NCBI GenBank assembly: GCA_030390025.1
Contig: CM059426.1
Coordinates: 206,274,001-206,338,000, forward strand
Direction: 5' to 3'
Length of the DNA stretch: 64,000 nucleotides
DNA from: Squalus acanthias
Lineage: Eukaryota
Of the stretch, positions 24,088-36,704 are shown in pieces; position 1 is the first letter of the stretch, and every line of letters starts with the position of its first letter. The notes under the pieces are model-generated. The model was not told where the DNA came from, did no database searches, and worked only from the letters and a program-made list of their open reading frames with translations. Position numbers and translations under genes: made by a program.

Positions 24088-26178
24088 CGTTGCCAACTCT
24101 CCCGGGTTGTCCTGGAGCCTCCATGATTTAAAGATTCCTCTCCCAGACACAGCAAGCGAGCAACCCGACAGCAGGGAGGAGGGGGTGAATATATGGGAGA
24201 TGGGATAAAAAAAAGGCTGTTTGACCGACAGTCAAGAGTCAACCAATCAGGTAACGAAGGCTGGAATTTTACCGCCGCTGAGAGGTCGGGATTGGAGGCG
24301 GGTCAGCTGTGAAATTTGAAATGATTGACAGCGGGTCAGGACCCCGCTGTCAACCCGCCTCCACGCTAGTCTCCCAGGTGTTGGGTATGTCAGCGCTGAA
24401 CAGACCCGACACCAAGCGGTGGGGGAGGCAGTTTAGATCATTAGCTGGATTGTTAAGAGGCAATTAAGTATTATTTTAAGCTCACCTTTAGATTTTGAGA
24501 GTTTGCCAATGACTTCCCCACTGCTCGGGGATCACGTCAGGTAAGGAGGTCGGGTGTTGTGTCAGCATGGAATGATTTCTAAACTTGATAGCTGCAAATG
24601 GTCTATAAAAGGTTCCAGTTCATAGGTATTCACATTCCAAAGTTAGAAGCTGTTGCTTATTGCATTTGGAAGACAGATTGAGCTTTATGCAGCTTGCAAG
24701 TGTTTGGAGCAAACTCTCTATCCAGTGTCACCTTATTGGATCAAGCTCTCTCACCATTGACAGATCGCTTCTGTCATCTCAACCTCACCTGCCATCTAGT
24801 CCATATGCATCGGTGCCCTTGAGAAAATCTCACCTTGGTCCTCAGAATCCGACCACGATCAGCCCCAACACCAGCATCACCGGGCACACCAGCAGCAGCA
24901 CCAGCATCAACACCAACCTTCTCCACAATCACCTGATGCTGCACAGGACACAGGGCATCAGCAGCCGACCGCATTGCTGCCCGGGACGCCAGGGATGGCC
25001 TCACCATGGCCAGATTTACTTCACTTGATGCTGTGCACCCTGGCTGCTACTTGATGCGCCAGGTTGGCACCACCCCACACCAACGCCATAAAGCATCCCT
25101 ACAATGCCCAAGACATTTCTTTCACACTCATCGCCATTGTGAGGGGTACCGTTATGTCTTACCATTCACTGCAACTCACTTCCAAATCTGTCCAAGAGGG
25201 CAAAGTGTTGAAAATAAAGATTTCAATGTTTGACAGCACATTAACGGAAACTTTACATGAACATTGGTAAAACACCCAAGTGTCTACCCTTGTATATTGT
25301 TAGTTGGTATGATTGGACTAGGAGGAGGGTGAATGTGAGGGGTGACTAGTGAGATGGGGAAGTGATAATGTAGATAGAGAGCGATGGGTGGAGGTGCAAG
25401 GTAAATTGGTGTAAGAATGTGCAGGAGTAGGGTAGGGCAGGCAGAGTGATGGGAATGTGATGAGTGGCACAGCAGGATGAGGTTGAGTGTGGCTTTGCAG
25501 TAACGTTTTTTGATCTACTGAGAACATTGAAAGGTTTGCGCCACTGCAGCCTGGTCCTCCTAACAACATCCCTGCTTGTGTCCTCCTGTGCAATGTGCAA
25601 CTAGGCTGTGTTGGTCTCCTGGGGAGGTCTCTTCCACCCATTAGAAGGGAAGAGAACCTCCCTGCGTGCTGTGACTCCCTCCATAAGCATTTGGAGTGAG
25701 TCATGGGAGAGCCTGGGTGCAGCCATGCACCTCTGTGCAGTGCTTGTCAGTGTTTGCAGCACCTCAATGCTGCAGAACACTGACAGCACAAATGTCAAAG
25801 TAAATTTGGACATGGTCCCTTTAAGGAAACGGCTGATGACGCGTCATCAAGTGACATCATCAGACCCGCTTCCTTTTAATTGACCGGGAACCTCGCTAAC
25901 AAGCCCAACCAACATGAAATCACTTCAACAGAGCGGGATGGAGCAGCAGGCAGCAGGCTGGGACCTTGCTACCGACCCCAGTCGCCCCGGACCCGCCTCG
26001 GTAGCGAAATCGCGGCTGAAGAGTCTGTTCACTTTCCACTTGGCGTTGGAAGGCAGTGCGCTGCTAGAATGGACAAACGAGAGACCAATGGCAAGAACGT
26101 GGGGGTGGAGGCGATAGCACACAGGAGGTCATGGGATGAAACTTTCCAGAATACATTCAACCAGTGTTGGCATCCCTG
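24088..26178. mobile_element. GTTGCCAAC-terminus DNA element split by the Harbinger insertion
   Basis: Halves 24088-24258 and 26018-26178 match 20057-20417 in reverse. Confidence 0.55.
24259..26017 (-). mobile_element. Harbinger deletion derivative, inverted copy of 21545-23200
   Basis: TSD GAA (24256-24258, 26018-26020). Myb/SANT remnant in ORFs 25601-25813 and 25346-25600 (APRLSHDSLQMLMEGVTARREVLFP; RRTRLQWRKPFN). Confidence 0.8.
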
Positions 26179-26483
26179 GGCCATGCTATTCCGACAGTAG
26201 AGAAGAGCCTGGGAAGGGACCACGAAAACCTTCAAAGTTTTTAATCTTCTCCTCCCGATGTCGCAAGAAGCCCTCTTGGGCAAGGTAATGAATAACCTCC
26301 AGGAGCGACGTGGGAGGGTCAACAGAAGACCTACCCATGGTGACACCTGCTCCCCCACATCAGAATTTAAGATGCCAGTGTACACAGGGCGGAATCCTGA
26401 CATTCTGCAAATATCTGGAACCTCTCAGAACAGAGATCTTCCTTTCTTCCTCTTCCCCAAAGCCCAGGAACTTCGAGACCGTA

Positions 26484-27000
26484 AAAGAAAAGAAAGACTT
26501 GCATTTCTATAGCACCTTTCACAACTTCACGACGTCCCAAAGCACGTTACAGCCAATGAAGTACTTTTGGTACTGTGCGCAAATTGGCTACCGTGTTTCC
26601 TGCATTACAACAGTGACAACACTTTAAAAGTACTTCATTGGCTGTAAAGTGCTTTGGGACGTCTGATGGTCGTGAAAGGCACTATATAAATGCAAGTCTT
26701 TCATTCTTTCTTGAACTGTAGTCACTGTTATAATGTAGGAAACGTGGCAGCCAAATTGTGCACAGCAAGCTCCCACAAACAGCAGTGTGATAATGACCAA
26801 ATAATCTGTGTTTTTTGTGATGTTGATTGAGGGATGAATATTGGCCAGGACACCGGGGAGAACTCCCCTGCTCTTCTTCAAAATAGTGCCATGGGATCTT
26901 TTACATCCACCTGAGAGAGCAGACAGGGCCTCGGTTTAATATCTCATCCGAAAGACGGCACCTTCGACAGTGCAGCACTCCCTCAGCACTGCACTGGAAT
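26484..27000 (-). mobile_element. Deu-type SINE with an antisense SINE 3' fragment (26573-26710) nested inside
   Basis: Minus-strand tail at 26484-26570, plus-strand fragment, then the minus-strand body resumes at ~26711. Confidence 0.85.
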
Positions 27001-27177
27001 CGAAGAACCGTAGAATCGAAGAACCATAGAATTGAAGCTGCACCCAGGTTTAACGTGTTGCATGCAATACTGGTGGCCTACATAGGTTGCTTATCATAGC
27101 CTTTCTTAATGACCTTAATAATGACCAGACCAAGCTGACTGCCAATACATCCCACAGCAGGTTGTACTAGTTGGAAA

Positions 27178-27422
27178 AAAGAAAGACTTGCGTTTATATA
27201 GCGCCTTTCACGACCTCAGGACGTCCCGAAGCACTTTACATCCAATGAAGTACTTTTGGAGTGTAGTCACTGTTGTAATGTAGGACACACGGCAGCCAAT
27301 TCGCTCACAGCAAGCTCCCACAAACAGCAATGTGATAATGACCAGATAATCTGTTTTGGTAATGTTGATTGAGGGATAAATATTGGCCAGGACACCGGGG
27401 AGAACTCCCCTGCTCTCCTTCA
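27178..27422 (-). mobile_element. Deu-type SINE 3' half
   Basis: Reverse complement of the SINE tail and body. Confidence 0.85.
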
Positions 27423-28274
27423 ATATATTTAGGACATTAAAGTAAAAGATGTCACTTGTAATCGTTCAAATATTCTAATTCTGTCTGCACCAGTACATAA
27501 AGAAAAACAACTTTAACTGTTTTTTTGAGTGAAATTGTCTGCTAATAGGCTAAAATGATTTCAGCAGTCTAAATCAACATGAAACATCAATACTGCAAAT
27601 TAATTTTTAAAAAACTGACTTCTATAAATGACAGCATTGCACTTTAATATCTTTAATATGATAAATTAACCACTTTCTAAGCATTTATAATATGCTTCTC
27701 CCTAATATTTATTGTTTTTCTTTCATACGCCCTTCAAACCAAACAGAATACTTACGGTAAGGGGCAGTCTTACTTGTTCCCATAGCAATGAGAGGGCCTC
27801 CCCTCCAGTAGCTGTCTGTAATTTATCTTCTACCAGTTGGGAGCTGAACATAATGTATAAAAATCACTTTTGTCCTTGCTCCCATCTCTCAAGAGCCAAT
27901 ACTTTATCCAAGTGAGGCGACAGGTAATGAGAGGAGAACATTCATAATGGAGAATAATGTGTCATATATTTTGCTCTACAATAATACGATAAAAAATAGA
28001 CATGCATACACTGAAGTGCTATTTCAGTCCAAAGTACTAATGAACTATTTGAAGATTGCGCCTATCCAAACATGGGTTCAGGAAATTAGTAAAAAGTTGA
28101 GTGAAAAAAGGAGCTTTGTGTTTGTTAAGACCCTTATTAAAGGCCAATCTTGAATAGCTCATTACTCAGAGCAGGAGCGAGATGGAAAATTGAACTCAGC
28201 ATCAGATCGAGTGGTGATCAGACAAATGAAGTATTGCCAAAGCATTGACAGGAGCAAATAGTGCAGAGGAGTTT

Positions 28275-28600
28275 GAAGTAAAAATAGAAAATGCTGGAAG
28301 CACTCAGCGTCTGTGGAGAGAGAAACAAAGTTAATGTTTTAGGTTAATGGCCTTTCATCAGAACTGTAAGATGTTAGAGATGAACAGTCTTTAAGCAAGT
28401 GCAGAAGCAGGGATAGAACAAAAGGCTGGAGGGCGGCAGTCTGTTGTGGGGTGGAGGGTAAGAGTGATTACATGGCGAAAGTGATGCTTGTGCAAGGCAA
28501 AAGGGGGTGACAATGAGCCAAGTAAAGATGGGGCCTGAGGAGGCACAAATGGTTACAGCAGAAGAACAGAGGAGGAGGGAAGCATGGAAGATCTGGCAAG
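28275..28600 (-). mobile_element. Degraded PLE family B pLTR
   Basis: Similar to 53718-53900. The hammerhead remnant at 28329-28365 has GAAA changed to AAAA. Confidence 0.65.
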
Positions 28601-28883
28601 GTGAAGGCTCCCGTGAGGCAGATAGAGTTTTTTGTGTCTACGGAATGGGTGCCATAGCCCTTGCAGCAGGAGATGGTTCTGGAGATGCTCAACTTGCAGA
28701 ACTAACCAACGATCTCAGGTAGCTGAAACCCTATTCCACACACACTACAGGGGTACCTATTGGCAGCGGCAGAGACAACTAACATTTTCTGAATTGGTGG
28801 CTTTCCCAAGGTTCAGCGTATCGTTGACAGTATATGTGTAGCCAAGTGTGTGCCTACTAACAGTCCTGAGGCATCTCTAGATA

Positions 28884-30062
28884 GGAACGTCAATCATTTC
28901 GACAACATGCAAATGGTTTGTAACTCCCACCAGGGAATAATGCAAGTCAACCCATGCTTCCTGGAGTTCTGCATGAGGTTCATTTTGAGGGAATCAGCTT
29001 TTGGAAGCAGAGGGAATGATAGACAGCTGGACCCTCTTAGATATGGTGCAACAATAGCTGATCGCACCTCTGTACAATCCTCAAAACCCAGCAGAGACAG
29101 ATACAACGATGCACAAACGCAAACCAGGGTCTTTACAGAACAGACGCTTCGGGTAGGGCTGAAGCTCTTGGACTGGTCATCAGGACCCCTTACAATATAT
29201 GAAAGCCATTCCACTCCTTGAGCCTGTGTCAGTTCTCGCTCTTCAGCTATGCTAATCGCACTCGCCTGCCCTTTTCCTGTATCCTTTTATATTCTTCCTT
29301 TGCAAATACTTGTACAAATCCTTTTGTTATCGTGTCTCAACAGCCACTTTGTAGTGAAGCATTCCTCTGCATGGGGGAAAAAAAAACATTCTTCTAACTT
29401 CTCCCATTGATATTTCCTAGAGAAATCTTCAGACTTATAGCAGCATTCTGCATAGCAATTCCATGGACAGGAGTCTCACCACAGACTTTGAGCATTAAAA
29501 AGCAGCAGGACAATGGTACACAACAACCATTACCAGGAGCCCAGACACTGACGATTGAGAGACTACTTCAGGAAGGCATCATCACCCAGCTCTTTAAGTG
29601 TGTTCTGCAAGTGGACCCCAATGATTTTCTGTCTCGGGTAGTTTCAGCTGAGACTTCAGGGGGGGTCATATTTTTCTCAGGGCATGGAGTCTCCCAACAT
29701 TTGCCCCCGTATGTTTTGTTTGCTTTAATTTTGGATCATGTTTTTATCTGCACAGTAAACCAATGACAGACTGTAAAACATAATAAAGGTAAATTAATTT
29801 TATTCGGTGCATCATTGGTTTGGAACGTCAATCATTTCAACAACATGCAAATGGTTTGCAACTCCCGCCAGTGAATAATGCAAGTCGGCCCATGCTTCCT
29901 GGAGTTTTGCATGAGGGAATCAGCTTTTGGAAGCAGAGGGAATGATAGACAGCTGGACCCTCTTAGATATGGTGCAACAATGGCTGATCGCACCTCTGTA
30001 CAATCCTCAAAACCCAGCACAGACGGATACAGCGATGCACAAACGCAAGCCAGGGCCTTTAC
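28884..30062 (+). repeat. Local direct duplication: 28884-29136 and 29822-30062
   Basis: About 240-bp copies with scattered substitutions and one 12-bp indel. Confidence 0.9.
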
Positions 30063-30443
30063 CAGGGTGTTCGAATCCATGTGGTGCACGTGCTTAATGT
30101 GTTTCTCTCTTATGTTTTTGCTCCTGTTTAAGTCTTGTACATGCACTGTACTCCTAAGTGCGCCTATAGGTGTCAGCCTTGGATCAGCTGGTAGCACTCT
30201 CGCCTCTGAGTCCGAAGTGCTGTGGGTTCCAGCCTCACTTCAGAGACTTGAGCACATAATTCTCGGCTGACGCTCCAGCGCAGTACTGAGGAGCCGTCTT
30301 TCAGATGAGACGTGAAACCGCGGTCCCGTCTGCCCTCTCAGGTAGACATAAAAGATCCCACGGCACTATTTGAAGAAGTGCAGGAGAGTTCTACTGGTGT
30401 CCTGGCCAATATTTATCACTCAATCAATATCCAAAACAGATTA

Positions 30444-30552
30444 CGATAGCAAAATACTGCGGATGCTGGAAAATTGAAACAACAACAGAAAACGCTGGAA
30501 AAACTCAGCAGGCCAGGCAACATCTGTGGAGAGAGAAACAACTGTTGTTGTC
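30444..30552 (-). mobile_element. 109-bp PLE family B tail insertion
   Basis: Matches 53688-53780; 13-bp TSD CCAAAACAGATTA (30431-30443, 30553-30565). Confidence 0.8.
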
Positions 30553-30637
30553 CCAAAACAGATTATCTGGCCATTATCACATTGCTGTTTGTGGGAGCTT
30601 GCTGGGCACAAATTGGCTGCTGTGTTTCCCTACATTA

Positions 30638-30782
30638 TTGAGAAGTCGCACAACACCAGGTTATAGTCCAACAGTTTTATTTGAAATCACAAGCTTTCGG
30701 AGCTGCTGCTCCTTCGTCAGGCGAAGTAAAGAAATACCAATTTTGTCCACCCCAGTCCAACACCGGCATCTCCGCATCATGA
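30638..30782. mobile_element. 145-bp PLE family A mini-element (inverted hammerhead arm + plus-strand tail)
   Basis: 11-bp TSD TCCCTACATTA (30627-30637, 30783-30793); arm and tail match 7123-7208 and 7823-7863. Confidence 0.85.
30687..30724 (-). ncRNA. Minimal hammerhead ribozyme motif (family A)
   Basis: UCGC-CUGACGA-A-GGAGC-AGCA-GCUCC-GAAA-GCUU-GUGA; stem I pairing is retained through substitutions. Confidence 0.78.
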
Positions 30783-32398
30783 TCCCTACATTACAACAGT
30801 GGCTACACTTCATTCAACTAAATTTGGGGCTCTTATTTATAAGAACATCCTCTTTTCAGCTCAGCTGTCTGTAAGGTGGATCTTAACACCAAATCATAGG
30901 TAGTCTACCTCAGTGTTTGGCATGACTGTGGAACTATCCTGTGGTAAGAGCAACTACCTGTTATAGCTATGCATTCGTTGAATATAGTTCATCCTTCCTC
31001 CTATCCTTAATGCCAATGTCCCAATCTGCAGTGTCGGAATTGTTGATCAACTGAAGTCTGAAGGTTACATTGCTTTGCAAAGTGCACTTGTATTCGCGTT
31101 GAATACTCCTTTATGTATTATACATGTGCGTCCACAAAATATGTTTGTACATAGAGGATAAAAGACTTTGCAAAAACTCATTTGTGACTGAATCGATATT
31201 TGTGGAACGGAAAGGGGTTCCTCATTGTAATAATAAGGCAGTGATCGCGGCACATTTTTCGCAGCACCTGCCACAATGATGTCACTACTTCTCTCGTGAA
31301 CCTGTGCATCCCCGCCTTCAGCGTAGCATCTGCTCATGTCTTGTGCAATGCAGATGCAAATCGATGGCACCAGTCGAGGACAGGAGAATTGAACTCGAAC
31401 CTTTGAAAGGAAGCTGCATTACCAGGGCAGCATTAATTCCCGATCCTTACATGTATCTGTGTGATGGTGGTAATAAGCTTTTCAGAAACAGAAACAAGGG
31501 GAGTGGGGGGGGGAGAAAAAAGGCATGATGTGCACCAGACAACAAAGCAAAGTAGACACATGGCAGTTACATTTTGCTGAGGCCGTTTATTTTTTTTTCA
31601 ATGTTTTTCCATCAGCTAATGTGCTTTTGAACTTTCGAAATTACATTTTCAGGATGAAAGGAAATGGTTAATTATGCACCGGTGCAGTTATGGGATGGCT
31701 GTCTGTGCTATTTGCCGAAAAGCAGTGTGTTCCTCATGCCCCCACAACCGCCCCCCCCCCACCCCCGACCACCCTTTGTACAACGGCACAAGGGCTTTGT
31801 ATGAAATGGTGGTGTTGAGGGGGAAATTAGGCCATCGCTGTGAGGACTTTCGACAGCCTGCAAGTAGAGAGCGGTTCCATCGACCTGGAGGTTGTTTTTT
31901 AAAAAAATATTAGCTCGTGGAATTGCAGATGAATTGCACACAGGCCCATTTCTGCGAGGTTAAGCAGCGCCTGTTCTGAGAACTGCCGTTTTTGATTCTT
32001 GCAACTGATATTTGTCCGCAATGCAATTTAATCAACTTGACAAGACCTTGAGTTTTACGCTGCCTCTGCCTTGGAAACATAAATATATAATAACTGTCCA
32101 CGATTGGAGCTCATCGGTGATGTGGAATATTCCCATTGTCATGGCTCACACGTGGACAATGGTCACTCGAGTGAGGCAGCAGGTGATATCTACAGAGCCT
32201 TAATGCAGCAAGGAGTCAACGCCTTCAGGAGTGAAGATCGGCTGGGCAGTTTGGTTCGGAAAAAAATGAATGATTTTGTTAAATTTATTTAGATTTTTTT
32301 GCCTTATTTATTCTCATTAAGATTCTCCCAAATCTACACAGGATTCCTCAGGCAAGAAATGAGCAGAAGTCTTGTTTAGAGCAAGCTGTAGGAGGCTA

Positions 32399-32718
32399 AT
32401 AGCCGTGGCTCATTGGGTAACACTCTCGCCTCCGAGTCAGAGGGTTGTGGGTTCAAGTCCCGCTCCCGAGACTTCAGCACAAAAATCTAGGCTGACAGTC
32501 CCAGAGCCGTGCTGAGGGAGTGCTGCAATACCAGAAGAAATGTTAAACCGAGGCCCGCCTGCCCTCTCAGGTAGATGTAAAAGATGTCATGGCTCTATTT
32601 TGAAGAATAGGGGAGTTGGTTTGCGGGATAAATATTGGCCAGGACTCTCTCAGACTTGAACCCACAACATTCTGACTCCGAGGCGAGAGTGCTACCCACT
32701 GAGCCATGGGTTGACACC
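32399..32718. mobile_element. Deu-type SINE 5' part (+) fused to an inverted SINE tRNA head (-)
   Basis: 32399-32645 is the plus-strand head and body; 32646-32718 is the reverse complement of the head. Confidence 0.8.
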
Positions 32719-32914
32719 TTTGAAGTTTAATAGCAGGGTCCTGTGCCCAACCTACCACAGGCAATGCCACAATACAATAGCCAAATTTGTTTTCGTGTGT
32801 AGAACAAAGTGGTACACTTGAGCTACAAGGTGCAGCCATTTTTTTTTCTCAGGTAGGTTCTAGAAGTGGCTTTGCTACTTTTTATTTTCAGCTGCTCTAA
32901 GATTTGAGGGAGAA

Positions 32915-33700
32915 TACATTCGTGCCACAGAAGTGCCAGGCAATGACTATCTCCAACAAGTGAGAGTCTAACCACCTCCTCATGACATTCAACAGCATTA
33001 CCATTGCTAATCCCCACCATCAACATCCTGGGGGTCACCATTGACCAGAAACTTAACTGGACCAGCCACATAAATACTGTGGCAACAAGAGCAGGTCAGA
33101 GGCTAGGTATTCTGCGGCGAGTGTCTCACCTCCTGACTCCCCAAAGCCTTTCCACCATCTACAAGGCACAAGTCAGGAGTGTGATGGAATACTCTCCACT
33201 TGCCTGGATGAGTGCAGCTCCAACAACACTCAAGAAGCTCAACACCATCCAGGACAAAGCAGCCCGCTTGATTGGCACCCCATCCACCACCATAAACATT
33301 CACTCCCTCCACCACCGGCGCACCGTGGCTGCAGTGTGTACCATCTATAAGATGCACTGCAGCAACTCGCCAAGGCTTCTTCAACAGCACCTCCCAAACC
33401 CGCGACCTCTTCCACCTAGAAGGACAAGGGCAGCAGGAGCATAGGAACACCACCACCTCCCCAAGTTCCCCTCCAAGTCACATACCATCCTGACTTAGAA
33501 GTATATCACCGATCCTTCATCGTCACTGGGTCAAAATCCTGGAACTCCCTCCCTAACAGCACTGTGGCAGTACCTTCACCACACGGACTGCAGCGGTTCA
33601 AGAAGGCGGCTCACCACCACCTTCTCAAGGGTAATTAGGGATGGGCAATAAATGCTGGTCTTGCCAACGACGCCCGCATCCCAGGAACGAATTAAAAAAA
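32915..33700 (+). mobile_element. CR1-group LINE (clade uncertain, Zenon/Crack-like) 3' fragment
   Basis: ORF 33004-33444 ILGVTIDQKLNWTSHI...YKAQVRSVMEYSPLAW...IQDKAARLI; A-rich tail. Confidence 0.88.
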
Positions 33701-33906
33701 ACATGAGCAAGCTCACCTCATAAACACTTGAAGATGTGATTTATTGCTGGATCCTTAGGGGGATAAGAGTACATTTTTGCCTAAGATCTGCTGGGTTTGC
33801 TAGAATGAAGACATGTTGAACAGAATGCACTTGTGAGGTTTTTAAAACCATTTTTTCTTCTAAAAAAAAATGACGTGCCATAAATATGTTGTAAAAAAAA
33901 ACCTCT

Positions 33907-34754
33907 GGGGGCGATTTTGTGAATGGGGGTGCGTTGGAGGCGGGACTGCTGCTTGTCGGGTTTTAGTCCCGCCTCCATCGATTTGTGGCCAACCCACGCT
34001 ATTTTCCATTGATTGACCTTGTTAAGCCCGCCCAGCGGGCTTAGCAGGCCAATTAAGGGAAAGCCGGTTGCAGAGCACATCAACGTATGACGTTTCATCT
34101 GTCAAAATTTTTGACAGATGAATTGTCATCGTTTGACAGCTCTGTGAAGCTGTCAAACAGTGACATTCTCTGTAGTTTGATGAGGTCTTGCATACAAGAC
34201 CTCATCAACCTTCTTTCTTTTACACAAATGTGATAGTTGTTGCATCTGAGAATGCAACGGCCATCTCTCATCTGCAACACGGAGGTCCGAGACTCTCCAC
34301 ATACAAACCGACTGAACCCTGCAGGGAGAAACAAAGGTAAGTACACTTTTAAAAACACTTTGCACTTACTTCAGATACTCACTTCTGCACTCTTGCACCC
34401 ATCACTTGCCTTCACACCACACTTTTGCACCCGACCCCCCCCGCCGACCCCCGCAGACCCAGTACTCACCTCGCTGAGCTGAGCTGGTGGGTTTCGGAGC
34501 CTTCGGGAAGCCCGCACTTGCGAGGGCAAAAAGGGGATAATCCTATTTTCTGCCTGTTAACGACCTGTTCACAGGCAGTTAATAGGCTTTAATCCCTTCC
34601 CGCCTCCAAGGAGACGGGACCCGGCGCGGGACGGCTACCCGCCTCCTGGGAAGATGGCACGGAGGCGGGTTGGGCACCCGCCCCCAAATTCTGCCATTTT
34701 CCCGGCAGTCCTGCCTCCATACCCGCCTGCTCAGGGCTGGCAAAATCGCCCCCC
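33907..34754. mobile_element. Harbinger-like MITE
   Basis: TIR GGGGGCGATTTTG / CAAAATCGCCCCC; TSD TCT (33904-33906, 34755-34757). Confidence 0.82.
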
Positions 34755-35094
34755 TCTGTATTTTGGCTACTTCCGGCCCAAGTGACTAATTCCATTTTTA
34801 TTAAGGCAGTGCAAACTTTTAAATGTGGAAAGGAAGTCTTCTGTTGTTTATCCAGCTTGTGATCCCGATCATGATGGCAGTTTCTCTCTACTTCGCAGCT
34901 GACTGCTGGCGTTGAGACAAACTGCCTTGATTTAATCTCAGTTGTTCTGCTGATCTATCGCCTTGGTGTTCAAAGGACCTGCTGGGCAGGGCAAAATTAT
35001 AAAATCGCTTGTTTTCTTTTTTTTTAAGCAGCAATATTCCTCATGTTACTCTGACAGTTCCCTCTCAGTCCCATATGCTTTTTTTTTACAAAGA

Positions 35095-35750
35095 GGTCTC
35101 TTTTTCTCTAGAAAAGAGAAGGTTGAGGGGTGACCGAATTGAGGTCTTTAAAATTATGAAGGAGTTTGATAGGGTAGACGTAGAGAAGATGTTTCCTACT
35201 TGTGCGGGGAGTCCAAAACTAGGAACCGTAAATATAATAAAGTCACGAATAAATCCAACGAGGAATTCAGGAGAACCTTCTTTACCCAGAGAGTGGTGAG
35301 AATGTGGAACTCGCTACCACAGGGAGTGGTTGAGGTCACTAGCCTAGATGCATTTAAGGGGAAGCTAGATAGGTACATGAGGGAGAAAGGAATAGAAGGT
35401 TATGCTGATAGGGTTAGTTGAAGAAGGGTGAGAGGAGTATAAACGCCGGCATGGACTGGTTGGGCCAACTGGCCTGTGTGTGAGCTGTAGATTCGAGGTA
35501 ATATGTATGTATGATACAATGAAGTCTGTTTAAGTGAATCGCCCAGAAGTTTAGTTGGCAAGCAAGCCGCTCACTGGCAAATGCCATCAATGCATTTAAG
35601 CTGGAGAAGAACATGTGAAAGGAATAGAAGGATTTGTCAATAGGGTGAGATGAAGTAAATAGAATGGGAGGAGGCTCGTGTGGAGTGTAAACACTTAAAC
35701 GGTTGTGCCAAATGGCCTGTTTCTGTCCTGTAAGTTCTGTGTAATGTAAC
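35095..35750 (+). mobile_element. CR1 3' fragments (35095-35495 and ~35580-35745)
   Basis: FSLEKRRLRGD and FFTQRVVRMWNSLPQ; two 3' UTR ends GGCCTGT..CTGT. Confidence 0.85.
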
Positions 35751-36194
35751 TTCAGCAGCTCCATTATATTACCATTTCTGTTGACGATGAGAGTCTCATC
35801 TTCCACTTGCTTCGGTCTTTCTCTTGCACCTGCCCTGACCAAGAATGGAATTGGAAACGAGCCATTGAGGAATCTGCAGCACTGTCTCAGGCTGACTGCC
35901 CCTCCATTTTAGGTGTTCCTTGCTTGTGGCATCTCGGCTTGGCAGCTCCCTACGACAACACGGCTGAGATTAGGAACTGTGCGTGTGTAATATCACAGCT
36001 CATGAATCTGCATCCTTACATTTCATGGCCTAAAGCTCTAATCCACTGCACCAACACACCAGCCCATCTCTGAAACTTAAAGAAGCTTTTGAGCTTAGTA
36101 AACAATCTTTAGACTAACTGAATTGGAAAACTAATGTTGAAATAGAGTGATAATTGCATTTTACTCTCAGTCTTCAAGTTACTTTTACCTGTGC

Positions 36195-36458
36195 ACTGAA
36201 GATCCCCGATTTTTATCGCTCCACCATTGGCACCTGTGCCTTCAGCTGCCTCGGCCCTAAGCTCTGGAATTCCCTCCCTGAACCTCTCTGCTGCTCTACC
36301 TCTCTCTACACCTTTAAGCCACTCCTTAAAACCCACCTCATCTGTCCTAATATCTCCTTAGGTGGCTCAGTGTCAAATTTTGTTCGCTAACGCTCCTATG
36401 AAGCGCCTTTGGACATTTTACTGTATTAAAGGCGCTATATAAATGTAAGTTGTTGTTC
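36195..36458 (+). mobile_element. L2 3' end
   Basis: AFSCLGPKLWNSLP; tail GGCGCTATATAAATGTAAG(TTG)n. Confidence 0.85.
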
Positions 36459-36704
36459 TTATTGCACCTTGTGCTGCTGAACGAAAATGACAAGCTTTTG
36501 CCACAACTGCCCCTTACCATGCAGAGTGTGGAATTAACTCCTTCCTTTAATATAACAGTGGTGGGTGATTTGTACTGCAGCGTTATTGTTTATACAATTA
36601 CAAAGTTGTTTAAAAATGCATGTTTGGGCTGACCAACCATTACAAGAGTCCAACAAGTTACGTCGGAGATGTTCTGTTAGATACCATAGAGACACAGGCT
36701 GAGG

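Larger units (their letters stand above)
30170..30812 (+). mobile_element. Deu-type SINE interrupted by two PLE micro-insertions
   Basis: tRNA head at 30170-30260; the body resumes after 30552 and after 30782. Confidence 0.85.

Noticed and set aside
26997-27037. 16-bp tandem repeat GAATCGAAGAACC(G/A)TA
   Set aside because: Resembles a CR1-type tail microsatellite; too short to interpret.
28329-28365. Functional hammerhead
   Set aside because: GAAA box mutated to AAAA, and stems II and III damaged.
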